This document shows positions 1 to 13,809 of a DNA stretch of 64,000 nt, piece by piece. The notes beneath the pieces were generated by a model, which did no database searches, was not told the DNA's origin, and saw nothing but the letters and a program-made list of their open reading frames with translations. Made by a program: the position numbers and the translations under genes. Origin of the DNA: the human T2T-CHM13v2.0 reference genome, Homo sapiens. Each line of letters opens with the position of its first letter. Within the stretch, counting starts at the first letter, position 1. The stretch lies in assembly GCF_009914755.1 (NCBI RefSeq), contig NC_060925.1; one strand, written 5' to 3'.

Positions 1-26
1 ATTCTGTCTAGCATAATATGAAGAAA

Positions 27-43
27 TCCCGTTTCCAACGAAG
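27..43 (-). promoter_or_regulatory. CENP-B box (first of ~189, one every ~340 bp; last at 63943-63959)
   Basis: + strand TCCCGTTTCCAACGAAG = minus strand CTTCGTTGGAAACGGGA, matching NTTCGNNNNANNCGGGN. Confidence 0.98.
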
Positions 44-197
44 GCCTCAAAGAGGTCTGAATATCCACTTGCAGACTTTACAAACAGAGTGTTTCCTAAC
101 TGCTCTATGAAAAGAAAAGTTAAACTCTGTGAGTTGAACGCACACATCACAAAGGAGTTTATGAGAATCATTCTGTCTAGTCTTTATACGAAGATAT

Positions 198-214
198 TTC
201 CTTTTCTACCATTG
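198..214. promoter_or_regulatory. pJalpha-box-like site of the alternate (A-type) monomer, repeated every ~340 bp
   Basis: TTCCTTTTCTACCATTG lies exactly 171 bp after the CENP-B box, at the homologous position, and resembles the A-type monomer box. Confidence 0.65.
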
Positions 215-1359
215 ACCTCAAAGCGGCTGAAATCTCCACTTGCAAATTCCACAAAAAGAGTGTTTCAAGTCTGCTCTGTGTAAAGGATCGTTCAACTCTG
301 TGAGTTGAATACACACAACACAAGGAAGTTACTGAGAATTCTTCTGTCTAGCAGAATATGAAGAAATCCCGTTTCCAACGAAGGCCTCAAGGAGGTCTGA
401 ATATCCACTTGCAGACTTTACAAACAGAGTGTTTCCTAACTGCTCTATGAACAGAAAGGTTAAACTCTGTGAGTTGAACGCACACATCACAAAGGAGTTT
501 CTGAGAATCATTCTGTCTAGTCTTTATACGAAGATATTTACTTTTCTACCATTGACCTCAAAGCGGCTGAAATCTCCACTTGCAAATTCCACAAAAAGAG
601 TGTTTCAAGTCTGCTCTGTGTAAAGGATCATTCAACTCTGTGAGTTGAATAAACACAACACAAGGAAGTTACTGAGAATTCTTCTGTCTAGCAGAATATG
701 AAGAAATCCCGTTTCCAACGAAGGCCTCAAGGAGGTCTGAATATCCACTTGCAGACATTACAAACAGAGTGTTTCCTAACTGCTCTATGAAAAGAAAGGT
801 TAAACTCTGTGAGTTGAACGCACACATCACAAAGCAGTTTATGAGAATCATTCTGTCTAGTTTCTATAAGAAGATATTTCCTATTCTACCATTGACCTCA
901 AAGCGGCTGAAATCTCCACTTGCAAATTCGACAAACAGAGTGTTTCAAGCCTGCTCTCTGTAAAGGATCCTTCAACTCTGTGAGTTGAATACACACAACA
1001 CAAGGAAGTTACTGAGAATTATTCTGTCTAGCATAATATGAAGAAATCCCGTTTCCAACGAAGGCCTCAAAGAGGTCTGAATATCCACTTGCAGACTTTA
1101 CAAACAGAGTGTTTCCTAACTGCTCTATGAGAAGAAAAGTTAAACTCTGTGAGTTGAACGCACACATCACAAAAGATTTTCTGAGAATCATTCTGTCTAG
1201 TCTTTATATGAAGATAGTTTCCTTTTCTACCATTGACCTCAAAGCGGCTGAAATCTCCACTTGCAAATTGCACAAAAAGAGTGTTTCAAGTCTGCTCTGT
1301 GTAAAGGATCGTTCAACTCTGTGAGTTGAATACACACAACACAAGGAAGTTACTGAGAA

Positions 1360-2380
1360 TTCTTCTGTCTAGCAGAATATGAAGAAATCCCGTTTCCAAC
1401 GAAGGCCACAAGATGTCAGAATATCCACTTACAGACTTTACAAACAGAGTGTTTCCTAACTGCTCTATGAACAGAAAGGTTAAACTCTGTGAGTTGAACG
1501 AACACATCACAACGCAGTTTGTGGGAATGATTCTGTCTAGTTTTGAAACGAAGATATTTCCTTTTCTGCCGTTGACCTTAAAGCGCTTGAAATCTACACT
1601 TGCAAATTGCACAAATAGAGTGTTTCAAATCTGCTCTGTCTAAGGGAACGTTCAACTCTGTGAGTTGAATGCACACAACACAAGGAAGTTACTGGGAATT
1701 CTTCTGTCTAGCCTTACATGAAAAAAAACCCGTTTCCAACGAAGGCCTCTAAGTGGTCAAAATATCCACGTGCAGACTTTACAAACAGAGTGTTTCCAAA
1801 CCGCTGAATGAAAAGAAAAGTTAAACTCTGAGAGTTGAACGCACACATCACGCAGCAGTTTCTGAGAATGATTCTGTCTAGTTTTTATACGAAGATATTT
1901 CCTTTTCTGCCCTTGGCCCCAAAGCGCTTGAAATCTCCACTTGCAAATTCCACAAAAACAGTGTTTCAAATCTGCTCTCTCTACATGAAAGTTCAACTCT
2001 GTCAGTTGAATACACACAACACAAGGAAGTTACTGAGAATTCTTCTGTCTAGCATAATATGAAGAAATCCCGTTTCCAACGAAGGCCTCAAAGGGGTCTG
2101 AATATCCACTTGCAGACTTTATAAACAGAGTGTTTACTAACTGCTCTATGAAAAGAAAGGTTAAACTCTGTGAGTTGAACACACACATCACAAAGGAGTT
2201 TCTGAGAATCATTCTGCCTAGTTTTTCTACGAAGATATTTCCTTTTCTACTATTGACCTCAAAGCGGCTGAAATCTCCACTTGCAAATTCCACAAAAAGA
2301 GTGTTTCAAGTCTGCTCTGTGTAAAGGATCGTTCAACTCTGTGAGTTGAATACACACAACACAAGGAAGTTACTGAGAAT
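1360..2380 (-). repeat. HOR core of three distinctive dimers (A, B, C; ~1.02 kb). The B marker occurs 28 times in the window
   Basis: A: GGCCACAAGATGTCAGA/GTGGGAATG. B: GCCTTACATG(A)nCCCG/CCGCTGAATG. C: AAAGGGGTCTG/TTTACTAAC. B recurs near 1757, 3796, 6517, 8558, 10257, 12638, 14339, 17057, 18416, 20797, 23515, 24874, 27255, 28955, 31335, 33716, 36097, 38474, 41191, 43231, 45612, 47993, 50374, 52415, 54451, 56832, 58532, 61592. Confidence 0.9.
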
Positions 2381-5300
2381 TCTTCTGTCTAGCAGAATAT
2401 GAAGAAATCCCGTTTCCAACGAAGGCCTCAAAGAGGTCTGAATATCCACTTGCAGACTTTACAAACAGAGTGTTTCCTAACTGCTCTATGAAAAGAAAGG
2501 TTAAACTCTGTGAGTTGAACGCACACATCACAAAGGAGTTTCTGAGAATCATTCTGTCTAGTTTCTATAGGAAGATATTTCCTATTCTACCATTGACCTC
2601 AAAGCGGCTGAAATCTCCACTTGCAAATTCCACAAAAAGAGTGTTTCAAGTCTGCTCTGTGTAAAGGATCGTTCAACTCTGTGAGTTGAATACACACAAC
2701 ACAAGGAAGTTACTGAGAATTCTTCTGTCTAGCAGAATATGAAGAAATCCCGTTTCCAACGAAGGCCTCAAGGAGGTCTGAATATCCACTTGCAGACTTT
2801 ACAAACAGAGTGTTTCCTAAGTGCTCTATCAACAGAAAGGTTAAACTCTGTGAGTTGAACGCACACATCACAAAGGAGTTTCTGAGAATCATTCTGTCTA
2901 GTCTTTATACGAAGATATTTCCTTTTCTACCATTGACCTCAAAGCGGCTGAAATCTCCACTTGCAAATTCCACAAAAAGAGTGTTTCAAGTCTGCTCTGT
3001 GTAAAGGATCGTACAACTCTGTGAGTTGAATACACACAACACAAGGAAGTTACTGAGAATTCTTCTGTCTAGCAGAATATGAAGAAATCCCGTTTCCAAC
3101 GAAGGCCCCAAGGAGGTCTGAATATCCACTTGCAGACTTTACAAACAGAGTGTTTCCTAACTGCTCTATGAACAGAAAGGTTAAACTCTGTGAGTTGAAC
3201 GCACACATCACAAAAGAGTTTCTGAGAATCATTCTGTCTAGTCTTTATACGAAGATATTTCCTTTTCTACCATTGACATCAAAGCGGCTGAAATCTCCAC
3301 TTGCAAATTCCACAAAAAGAGTGTTTCAAGTCTGCTCTGTGTAAAGGATCGTTCAACTCTGTGAGTTGAATACACACAACACAAGGAAGTTACTGAGAAT
3401 TCTTCTGTCTAGCAGAATATGAAGAAATCCCGTTTCCAACGAAGGCCACAAGATGTCAGAATATCCACTTACAGACTTTACAAACAGAGTGTTTCCTAAC
3501 TGCTCTATGAACAGAAAGGTTAAACTCTGTGAGTTGAACGAACACATCACAACGCAGTTTCTGGGAATGATTCTGTCTAGTTTTGAAACGAAGATATTTC
3601 CTTTTCTGCCGTTGACCTTAAAGAGCTTGAAAACTACACTTGCAAATTGCACAAATAGAGTGTTTCAAATCTGCTCTGTCTAAGGGAACGTTCAACTCTG
3701 TGAGTTGAATGCACACAACACAAGGAAGTTACTGGGAATTCTTCTGTCTAGCCTTACATGAAAAAATCCCGTTTCCAACGAAGGCCTCTAAGTGGTCAAA
3801 ATTTCCACGTGCAGACTTTACAAACAGAGTGTTTCCAAACCGCTGAATGAAAAGAAAAGTTAAACTCTGAGAGTTGAACGCACACATCACGCAGCAGTTT
3901 CTGAGAATGATTCTGTCTAGTTTTTATACGAAGATATTTCCTTTTCTGCCTTTGGCCCCAAAGCGCTTGAAATCTCCACTTGCAAATTCCACAAAAACAG
4001 TGTTTCAAATCTGCTCTCTCTACATGAAAGTTCAACTCTGTCAGTTGAATACACACAACACAAGGAAGTTACTGAGAATTCTTCTGTCTAGCATAATATG
4101 AAGAAATCCCGTTTCCAACGAAGGCCTCAAAGGGGTCTGAATATCCACTTGCAGACTTTATAAACAGAGTGTTTACTAACTGCTCTATGAAAAGAAAGGT
4201 TAAACTCTGTGAGTTGAACACACACATCACAAAGGAGTTTCTGAGAATCATTCTGTCTAGTTTTTCTACGAAGATATTTCCTTTTCTACTATTGACCTCA
4301 AAGCGGCTGAAATCTCCACTTGCAAATTCCACAAAAAGAGTGTTTCAAGTCTGCTCTGTGTAAAGGATCGTTCAACTCTGTGAGTTGAATACACACAACA
4401 CAAGGAAGTTACTGAGAATTCTTCTGTCTAGCAGAATAGGAAGAAATCCCGTTTCCAACGAAGGCCTCAAAGAGGTCTGAATATCCACTTGCAGACTTTA
4501 CAAACAGAGTGTTTCCTAACTGCTCTATGAAAAGAAAGGTTAAACTCTGTGAGTTGAACGCACACATCACAAAGGAGTTTCTGAGAATCGTTCTGTCTAG
4601 TTTCTATAGGAAGATATTTCCTATTCTACCATTGACCTCAAAGCGGCTGAAATCTCCACTTGCAAATTCCACAAAAAGAATGTTTCAAGTCTGCTCTGTG
4701 TAAAGGATCGTTCAACTCTGTGAGTTGAATACACACAACACAAGGAAGTTACTGAGAATTATTCTGTCTAGCATAATATGAAGAAATCCCGTTTCCAACG
4801 AAGGCCTCAAAGAGGTCTGAATATCCACTTGCAGACTTTACAAACAGAGTGTTTCCTAACTGCTCTATGAAAAGAAAAGTTAAACTCTGTGAGTTGAACG
4901 CACACATCACAAAGGAGTTTATGAGAATCATTCTGTCTAGTCTTTATACGAAGATATTTCCTTTTCTACCATTGACCTCAAAGCGGCTGAAATCTCCACT
5001 TGCAAATTCCACAAAAAGAGTGTTTCAAGTCTGCTCTGTGTAAAGGATCGTTCAACTCTGTGAGTTGAATACACACAACACAAGGAAGTTACTGAGAATT
5101 CTTCTGTCTAGCAGAATATGAAGAAATCCCGTTTCCAACGAAGGCCTCAAGGAGGTCTGAATATCCACTTGCAGACTTTACAAACAGAGTGTTTCCTAAC
5201 TGCTCTATGAACAGAAAGGTTAAACTCTGTGAGTTGAACGCACACATCACAAAGGAGTTTCTGAGAATCATTCTGTCTAGTCTTTATACGAAGATATTTA

Positions 5301-5414
5301 CTTTTCTACCATTGACCTCAAAGCGGCTGAAATCTCCACTTGCAAATTCCACAAAAAGAGTGTTTCAAGTCTGCTCTGTGTAAAGGATCATTCAACTCTG
5401 TGAGTTGAATAAAC

Positions 5415-8400
5415 ACAACACAAGGAAGTTACTGAGAATTCTTCTGTCTAGCAGAATATGAAGAAATCCCGTTTCCAACGAAGGCCTCAAGGAGGTCTGA
5501 ATATCCACTTGCAGACATTACAAACAGAGTGTTTCCTAACTGCTCTATGAAAAGAAAGGTTAAACTCTGTGAGTTGAACGCACACATCACAAAGGAGTTT
5601 ATGAGAATCATTCTGTCTAGTTTCTATAAGAAGATATTTCCTATTCTACCATTGACCTCAAAGCGGCTGAAATCTCCACTTGCAAATTCGACAAACAGAG
5701 TGTTTCAAGCCTGCTCTCTGTAAAGGATCCTTCAACTCTGTGAGTTGAATACACACAACACAAGGAAGTTACTGAGAATTATTCTGTCTAGCATAATATG
5801 AAGAAATCCCGTTTCCAACGAAGGCCTCAAAGAGGTCTGAATATCCACTTGCAGACTTTACAAACAGAGTGTTTCCTAACTGCTCTATGAGAAGAAAAGT
5901 TAAACTCTGTGAGTTGAACGCACACATCACAAAAGATTTTCTGAGAATCATTCTGTCTAGTCTTTATATGAAGATAGTTTCCTTTTCTACCATTGACCTC
6001 AAAGCGGCTGAAATCTCCACTTGCAAATTCCACAAAAAGAGTGTTTCAAGTCTGCTCTGTGTAAAGGATCGTTCAACTCTGTGAGTTGAATACACACAAC
6101 ACAAGGAAGTTACTGAGAATTCTTCTGTCTAGCAGAATATGAAGAAATCCCGTTTCCAACGAAGGCCACAAGATGTCAGAATATCCACTTACAGACTTTA
6201 CAAACAGAGTGTTTCCTAACTGCTCTATGAACAGAAAGGTTAAACTCTGTGAGTTGAACGAACACATCACAACGCAGTTTGTGGGAATGATTCTGTCTAG
6301 TTTTGAAACGAAGATATTTCCTTTTCTGCCGTTGACCTTAAAGCGCTTGAAATCTACACTTGCAAATTGCACAAATAGAGTGTTTCAAATCTGCTCTGTC
6401 TAAGGGAACGTTCAACTCTGTGAGTTGAATGCACACAACACAAGGAAGTTACTGGGAATTCTTCTGTCTAGCCTTACATGAAAAAAAACCCGTTTCCAAC
6501 GAAGGCCTCTAAGTGGTCAAAATATCCACGTGCAGACTTTACAAACAGAGTGTTTCCAAACCGCTGAATGAAAAGAAAAGTTAAACTCTGAGAGTTGAAC
6601 GCACACATCACGCAGCAGTTTCTGAGAATGATTCTGTCTAGTTTTTATACGAAGATATTTCCTTTTCTGCCCTTGGCCCCAAAGCGCTTGAAATCTCCAC
6701 TTGCAAATTCCACAAAAACAGTGTTTCAAATCTGCTCTCTCTACATGAAAGTTCAACTCTGTCAGTTGAATACACACAACACAAGGAAGTTACTGAGAAT
6801 TCTTCTGTCTAGCATAATATGAAGAAATCCCGTTTCCAACGAAGGCCTCAAAGGGGTCTGAATATCCACTTGCAGACTTTATAAACAGAGTGTTTACTAA
6901 CTGCTCTATGAAAAGAAAGGTTAAACTCTGTGAGTTGAACACACACATCACAAAGGAGTTTCTGAGAATCATTCTGCCTAGTTTTTCTACGAAGATATTT
7001 CCTTTTCTACTATTGACCTCAAAGCGGCTGAAATCTCCACTTGCAAATTCCACAAAAAGAGTGTTTCAAGTCTGCTCTGTGTAAAGGATCGTTCAACTCT
7101 GTGAGTTGAATACACACAACACAAGGAAGTTACTGAGAATTCTTCTGTCTAGCAGAATATGAAGAAATCCCGTTTCCAACGAAGGCCTCAAAGAGGTCTG
7201 AATATCCACTTGCAGACTTTACAAACAGAGTGTTTCCTAACTGCTCTATGAAAAGAAAGGTTAAACTCTGTGAGTTGAACGCACACATCACAAAGGAGTT
7301 TCTGAGAATCATTCTGTCTAGTCTTTATACGAAGATATTTCCTTTTCTACCATTGACCTCAAAGCGGCTGAAATCTCCACTTGCAAATTCCACAAAAAGA
7401 GTGTTTCAAGTCTGCTCTGTGTAAAGGATCGTACAACTCTGTGAGTTGAATACACACAACACAAGGAAGTTACTGAGAATTCTTCTGTCTAGCAGAATAT
7501 GAAGAAATCCCGTTTCCAACGAAGGCCTCAAGGAGGTCTGAATATCCACTTGCAGACATTACAAACAGAGTGTTTCCTAACTGCTCTATGAAAAGAAAGG
7601 TTAAACTCTGTGAGTTGAACGCACACATCACAAAGGAGTTTATGAGAATCATTCTGTCTAGTTTCTATAAGAAGATATTTCCTATTCTACCATTGACCTC
7701 AAAGCGGCTGAAATCTCCACTTGCAAATTCGACAAACAGAGTGTTTCAAGCCTGCTCTCTGTAAAGGATCCTTCAACTCTGTGAGTTGAATACACACAAC
7801 ACAAGGAAGTTACTGAGAATTATTCTGTCTAGCATAATATGAAGAAATCCCGTTTCCAACGAAGGCCTCAAAGAGGTCTGAATATCCACTTGCAGACTTT
7901 ACAAACAGAGTGTTTCCTAACTGCTCTATGAGAAGAAAAGTTAAACTCTGTGAGTTGAACGCACACATCACAAAAGATTTTCTGAGAATCATTCTGTCTA
8001 GTCTTTATATGAAGATAGTTTCCTTTTCTACCATTGACCTCAAAGCGGCTGAAATCTCCACTTGCAAATTCCACAAAAAGAGTGTTTCAAGTCTGCTCTG
8101 TGTAAAGGATCGTTCAACTCTGTGAGTTGAATACACACAACACAAGGAAGTTACTGAGAATTCTTCTGTCTAGCAGAATATGAAGAAATCCCGTTTCCAA
8201 CGAAGGCCACAAGATGTCAGAATATCCACTTACAGACTTTACAAACAGAGTGTTTCCTAACTGCTCTATGAACAGAAAGGTTAAACTCTGTGAGTTGAAC
8301 GAACACATCACAACGCAGTTTGTGGGAATGATTCTGTCTAGTTTTGAAACGAAGATATTTCCTTTTCTGCCGTTGACCTTAAAGCGCTTGAAATCTACAC

Positions 8401-9597
8401 TTGCAAATTGCACAAATAGAGTGTTTCAAATCTGCTCTGTCTAAGGGAACGTTCAACTCTGTGAGTTGAATGCACACAACACAAGGAAGTTACTGGGAAT
8501 TCTTCTGTCTAGCCTTACATGAAAAAAAACCCGTTTCCAACGAAGGCCTCTAAGTGGTCAAAATATCCACGTGCAGACTTTACAAACAGAGTGTTTCCAA
8601 ACCGCTGAATGAAAAGAAAAGTTAAACTCTGAGAGTTGAACGCACACATCACGCAGCAGTTTCTGAGAATGATTCTGTCTAGTTTTTATACGAAGATATT
8701 TCCTTTTCTGCCCTTGGCCCCAAAGCGCTTGAAATCTCCACTTGCAAATTCCACAAAAACAGTGTTTCAAATCTGCTCTCTCTACATGAAAGTTCAACTC
8801 TGTCAGTTGAATACACACAACACAAGGAAGTTACTGAGAATTCTTCTGTCTAGCATAATATGAAGAAATCCCGTTTCCAACGAAGGCCTCAAAGGGGTCT
8901 GAATATCCACTTGCAGACTTTATAAACAGAGTGTTTACTAACTGCTCTATGAAAAGAAAGGTTAAACTCTGTGAGTTGAACACACACATCACAAAGGAGT
9001 TTCTGAGAATCATTCTGCCTAGTTTTTCTACGAAGATATTTCCTTTTCTACTATTGACCTCAAAGCGGCTGAAATCTCCACTTGCAAATTCCACAAAAAG
9101 AGTGTTTCAAGTCTGCTCTGTGTAAAGGATCGTTCAACTCTGTGAGTTGAATACACACAACACAAGGAAGTTACTGAGAATTCTTCTGTCTAGCAGAATA
9201 TGAAGAAATCCCGTTTCCAACGAAGGCCTCAAAGAGGTCTGAATATCCACTTGCAGACTTTACAAACAGAGTGTTTCCTAACTGCTCTATGAAAAGAAAG
9301 GTTAAACTCTGTGAGTTGAACGCACACATCACAAAGGAGTTTCTGAGAATCATTCTGTCTAGTCTTTATACGAAGATATTTCCTTTTCTACCATTGACCT
9401 CAAAGCGGCTGAAATCTCCACTTGCAAATTCCACAAAAAGAGTGTTTCAAGTCTGCTCTGTGTAAAGGATCGTACAACTCTGTGAGTTGAATACACACAA
9501 CACAAGGAAGTTACTGAGAATTCTTCTGTCTAGCAGAATATGAAGAAATCCCGTTTCCAACGAAGGCCTCAAGGAGGTCTGAATATCCACTTGCAGA
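5415..9597 (-). repeat. Tandem duplication, 2041-bp (12-mer) unit
   Basis: Markers GCAGACATTA (5517/7558), CTACATGAAAG (6741/8782) and GTACAACTC (7431/9472) all recur at +2041. Confidence 0.88.
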
Positions 9598-12500
9598 CTT
9601 TACAAACAGAGTGTTTCCTAACTGCTCTATGAACAGAAAGGTTAAACTCTGTGAGTTGAACGCACACATCACAAAAGAGTTTCTGAGAATCATTCTGTCT
9701 AGTCTTTATACGAAGATATTTCCTTTTCTACCATTGACATCAAAGCGGCTGAATTCTCCACTTGCAAATTCCACAAAAAGAGTGTTTCAAGTCTGCTCTG
9801 TGTAAAGGATCGTTCAACTCTGTGAGTAGAATACACACAACACAAGGAAGTTACTGAGAATTCTTCTGTCTAGCAGAATATGAAGAAATCCCGTTTCCAA
9901 CGAAGGCCACAAGATGTCAGAATATCCACTTACAGACTTTACAAACAGAGTGTTTCCTAACTGCTCTATGAACAGAAAGGTTAAACTCTGTGAGTTGAAC
10001 GAACACATCACAACGCAGTTTCTGGGAATGATTCTGTCTGGTTTTGAAACGAAGATATTTCCTTTTCTGCCGTTGACCTTAAAGAGCTTGAAAACTACAC
10101 TTGCAAATTGCACAAATAGAGTGTTTCAAATCTGCTCTGTCTAAGGGAACGTTCAACTCTGTGAGTTGAATGCACACAACACAAGGAAGTTACTGGGAAT
10201 TCTTCTGTCTAGCCTTACATGAAAAAATCCCGTTTCCAACGAAGGCCTCTAAGTGGTCAAAATTTCCACGTGCAGACTTTACAAACAGAGTGTTTCCAAA
10301 CCGCTGAATGAAAAGAAAAGTTAAACTCTGAGAGTTGAACGCACACATCACGCAGCAGTTTCTGAGAATGATTCTGTCTAGTTTTTATACGAAGATATTT
10401 CCTTTTCTGCCTTTGGCCCCAAAGCGCTTGAAATCTCCACTTGCAAATTCCACAAAAACAGTGTTACAAATCTGCTCTCTCTAAATGAAAGTTCAACTCT
10501 GTCAGTTGAATACACACAACACAAGGAAGTTACTGAGAATTCTTCTGTCTAGCATAATATGAAGAAATCCCGTTTCCAACGAAGGCCTCAAAGGGGTCTG
10601 AATATCCACTTGCAGACTTTATAAACAGAGTGTTTACTAACTGCTCTATGAAAAGAAAGGTTAAACTCTGTGAGTTGAACACACACATCACAAAGGAGTT
10701 TCTGAGAATCATTCTGTCTAGTTTTTCTACGAAGATATTTCCTTTTCTACTATTGACCTCAAAGCGGCTGAAATCTCCACTTGCAAATTCCACAAAAAGA
10801 GTGTTTCAAGTCTGCTCTGTGTAAAGGATCGTTCAACTCTGTGAGTTGAATACACACAACACAAGGAAGTTACTGAGAATTCTTCTGTCTAGCAGAATAG
10901 GAAGAAATCCCGTTTCCAACGAAGGCCTCAAAGAGGTCTGAATATCCACTTGCAGACTTTACAAACAGAGTGTTTCCTAACTGCTCTATGAAAAGAAAAG
11001 TTAAACACTGTGAGTTGAACGCACACATCACAAAGGAGTTTCTGAGAATCGTTCTGTCTAGTTTCTATAGGAAGATATTTCCTATTCTACCATTGACCTC
11101 AAAGCGGCTGAAATCTCCACTTGCAAATTCCACAAAAAGTGTGTTTCAAGTCTGCTCTGTGTAAAGGATCGTTCAACTCTGTGAGTAGAATACACACAAC
11201 ACAAGGAAGTTACTGAGAATTCTTCTGTCTAGCAGAATATGAAGAAATCCCGTTTCCAACGAAGGCCTCAAGGAGGTCTGAATATCCACTTGCAGACTTT
11301 ACAAACAGAGTGTTTCCTAACTGCTCTATGAACAGAAAGGTTAAACTCTGTGAGTTGAACGCACACATCACAAAGGAGTTTCTGAGAATCATTCTGTCTA
11401 GTCTTTATACGAAGATATTTACTTTTCTACCATTGACCTCAAAGCGGCTGAAATCTCCACTTGCAAATTCGACAAAAAGAGTGTTTCAAGCCTGCTCTCT
11501 GTAAAGGATCCTTCAACTCTGTGAGTTGAATACACACAACACAAGGAAGTTACTGAGAATTATTCTGTCTAGCATAATATGAAGAAATCCCGTTTCCAAC
11601 GAAGGCCTCAAGGAGGTCTGAATATCCACTTGCAGACTTTACAAACAGAGTGTTTCCTAACTGCTCTATGAAAAGAAAGGTTAAACTCTGTGAGTTGAAC
11701 GCACCCATCACAAAGGAGTTTATGAGAATCATTCTGTCTAGTTTCTATAAGAAGATATTTCCTATTCTACCATTGACCTCAAAGCGGCTGAAATCTCCAC
11801 TTGCAAATTCGACAAACAGAGTGTTTCAAGCCTGCTCTCTGTAAAGGATCCTTCAACTCTGTGAGTTGAATACACACAACACAAGGAAGTTACTGAGAAT
11901 TATTCTGTCTAGCAGAATATGAAGAAATCCCGTTTCCAACGAAGGCCTCAAAGAGGTCTGAATATCCACTTGCAGACTTTACAAACAGAGTGTTTCCTAA
12001 CTGCTCTATGAGAAGAAAAGTTAAACTCTGTGAGTTGAACGCACACATCACAAAAGATTTTCTGAGAATCATTCTGTCTAGTCTTTTTATGAAGATAGTT
12101 TCCTTTTCTACCATTGACCTCAAAGCGGCTGAAATCTCCACTTGCAAATTCCACAAAAAGAGTGTTTCAAGTCTGCTCTGTGTAAAGGATCGTTCAACTC
12201 TGTGAGTTGAATACACACAACACAAGGAAGTTACTGAGAATTCTTCTGTCTAGCAGAATAGGAAGAAATCCCGTTTCCAACGAAGGCCACAAGATGTCAG
12301 AATATCCACTTACAGACTTTACAAACAGAGTGTTTCCTAACTGCTCTATGAACAGAAAGGTTAAACTCTGTGAGTTGAACGAACACATCACAACGCAGTT
12401 TGTGGGAATGATTCTGTCTAGTTTTGAAACGAAGATATTTCCTTTTCTGCCGTTGACCTTAAAGCGCTTGAAATCTACACTTGCAAATTTCACAAATAGA

Positions 12501-13809
12501 GTGTTTCAAATCTGCTCTGTCTAAGGGAACGTTCAACTCTGTGAGTTGAATGCACACAACACAAGGAAGTTACTGGGAATTCTTCTGTCTAGCCTTACAT
12601 GAAAAAAAACCCGTTTCCAACGAAGGCCTCTAAGTGGTCAAAATATCCACGTGCAGACTTTACAAACAGAGTGTTTCCAAACCGCTGAATGAAAAGAAAA
12701 GTTAAACTCTGAGAGTTGAACGCACACATCACGCAGCAGTTTCTGAGAATGATTCTGTCTAGTTTTTATACGAAGATATTTCCTTTTCTGCCCTTGGCCA
12801 CAAAGCGCTTGAAATCTCCACTTGCAAATTCCACAAAAACAGTGTTTCAAATCTGCTCTCTCTAAATGAAAGTTCAACTCTGTCAGTTGAATACACACAA
12901 CACAAGGAAGTTACTGAGAATTCTTCTGTCTAGCATAATATGAAGAAATCCCGTTTCCAACGAAGGCCTCCAAGGGGTCTGAATATCCACTTGCAGACTT
13001 TATAAACAGAGTGTTTACTAACTGCTCTATGAAAAGAAAGGTTAAACTCTGTGAGTTGAACACACACATCACAAAGGAGTTTCTGAGAATCATTCTGTCT
13101 AGTTTTTCTACGAAGATATTTCCTTTTCTACTATTGACCTCAAAGCGGCTGAAATCTACACTTGCAAATTCCACAAAAAGAGTGTTTCAAGTCTGCTCTG
13201 TGTAAAGGATCGTTCAACTCTGTGAGTTGAATACACACAACACAAGGAAGTTACTGAGAATTCTTCTGTCTAGCAGAATATGTAGAAATCCCGTTTCCAA
13301 CGAAGGCCTCAAGGAGGTCTGAATATCCACTTGCAGACTTTACAAACAGAGTGTTTCCTAACTGCTCTATGAACAGAAAGGTTAAACTCTGTGAGTTGAA
13401 CGCACACATCACAAAGGAGTTTCTGAGAATCATTCTGTCTAGTTTCTATAAGAAGATATTTCCTATTCTACCATTGACCTCAAAGCGGCTGAAATCTCCA
13501 CTTGCAAATTCGACAAAAAGAGTGTTTCAAGCCTGCTCTCTGTAAAGGATCCTTCAACTCTGTGAGTTGAATACACACAACACAAGGAAGTTACTGAGAA
13601 TTCTTCTGTCTAGCATAATATGAAGAAATCCCGTTTCCAACGAAGGCCTCAAAGAGGTCTGAATATCCACTTGCAGACTTTACAAACAGAGTGTTTCCTA
13701 ACTGCTCTATGAGAAGAAAAGTTAAACTCTGTGAGTTGAACGCACACATCACAAAAGATTTTCTGAGAATCATTCTGTCTAGTCTTTATATGAAGATAGT
13801 TTCCTTTCC

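Larger units (their letters stand above)
1..11200 (-). repeat. Two copies of a 4760-bp (28-monomer) super-unit; the second copy is rearranged
   Basis: 1-2560 recurs at +4760 (ORFs 89/4849, 1757/6517). About 2900-4700 recurs at +6461 (3353/9814, 4509/10970). Confidence 0.85.

Noticed and set aside
1728-1744. B-dimer box ACCCGTTTCCAACGAAG as a defective CENP-B box
   Set aside because: The T>A change is at a non-essential terminal position; the nine core bases are intact.
1757-2017. Cys/His-rich zinc-finger-like peptide (HCFCGIC, HSVCKVC)
   Set aside because: It is a by-product of TGTG-rich satellite sequence, with no proper finger spacing or gene context.
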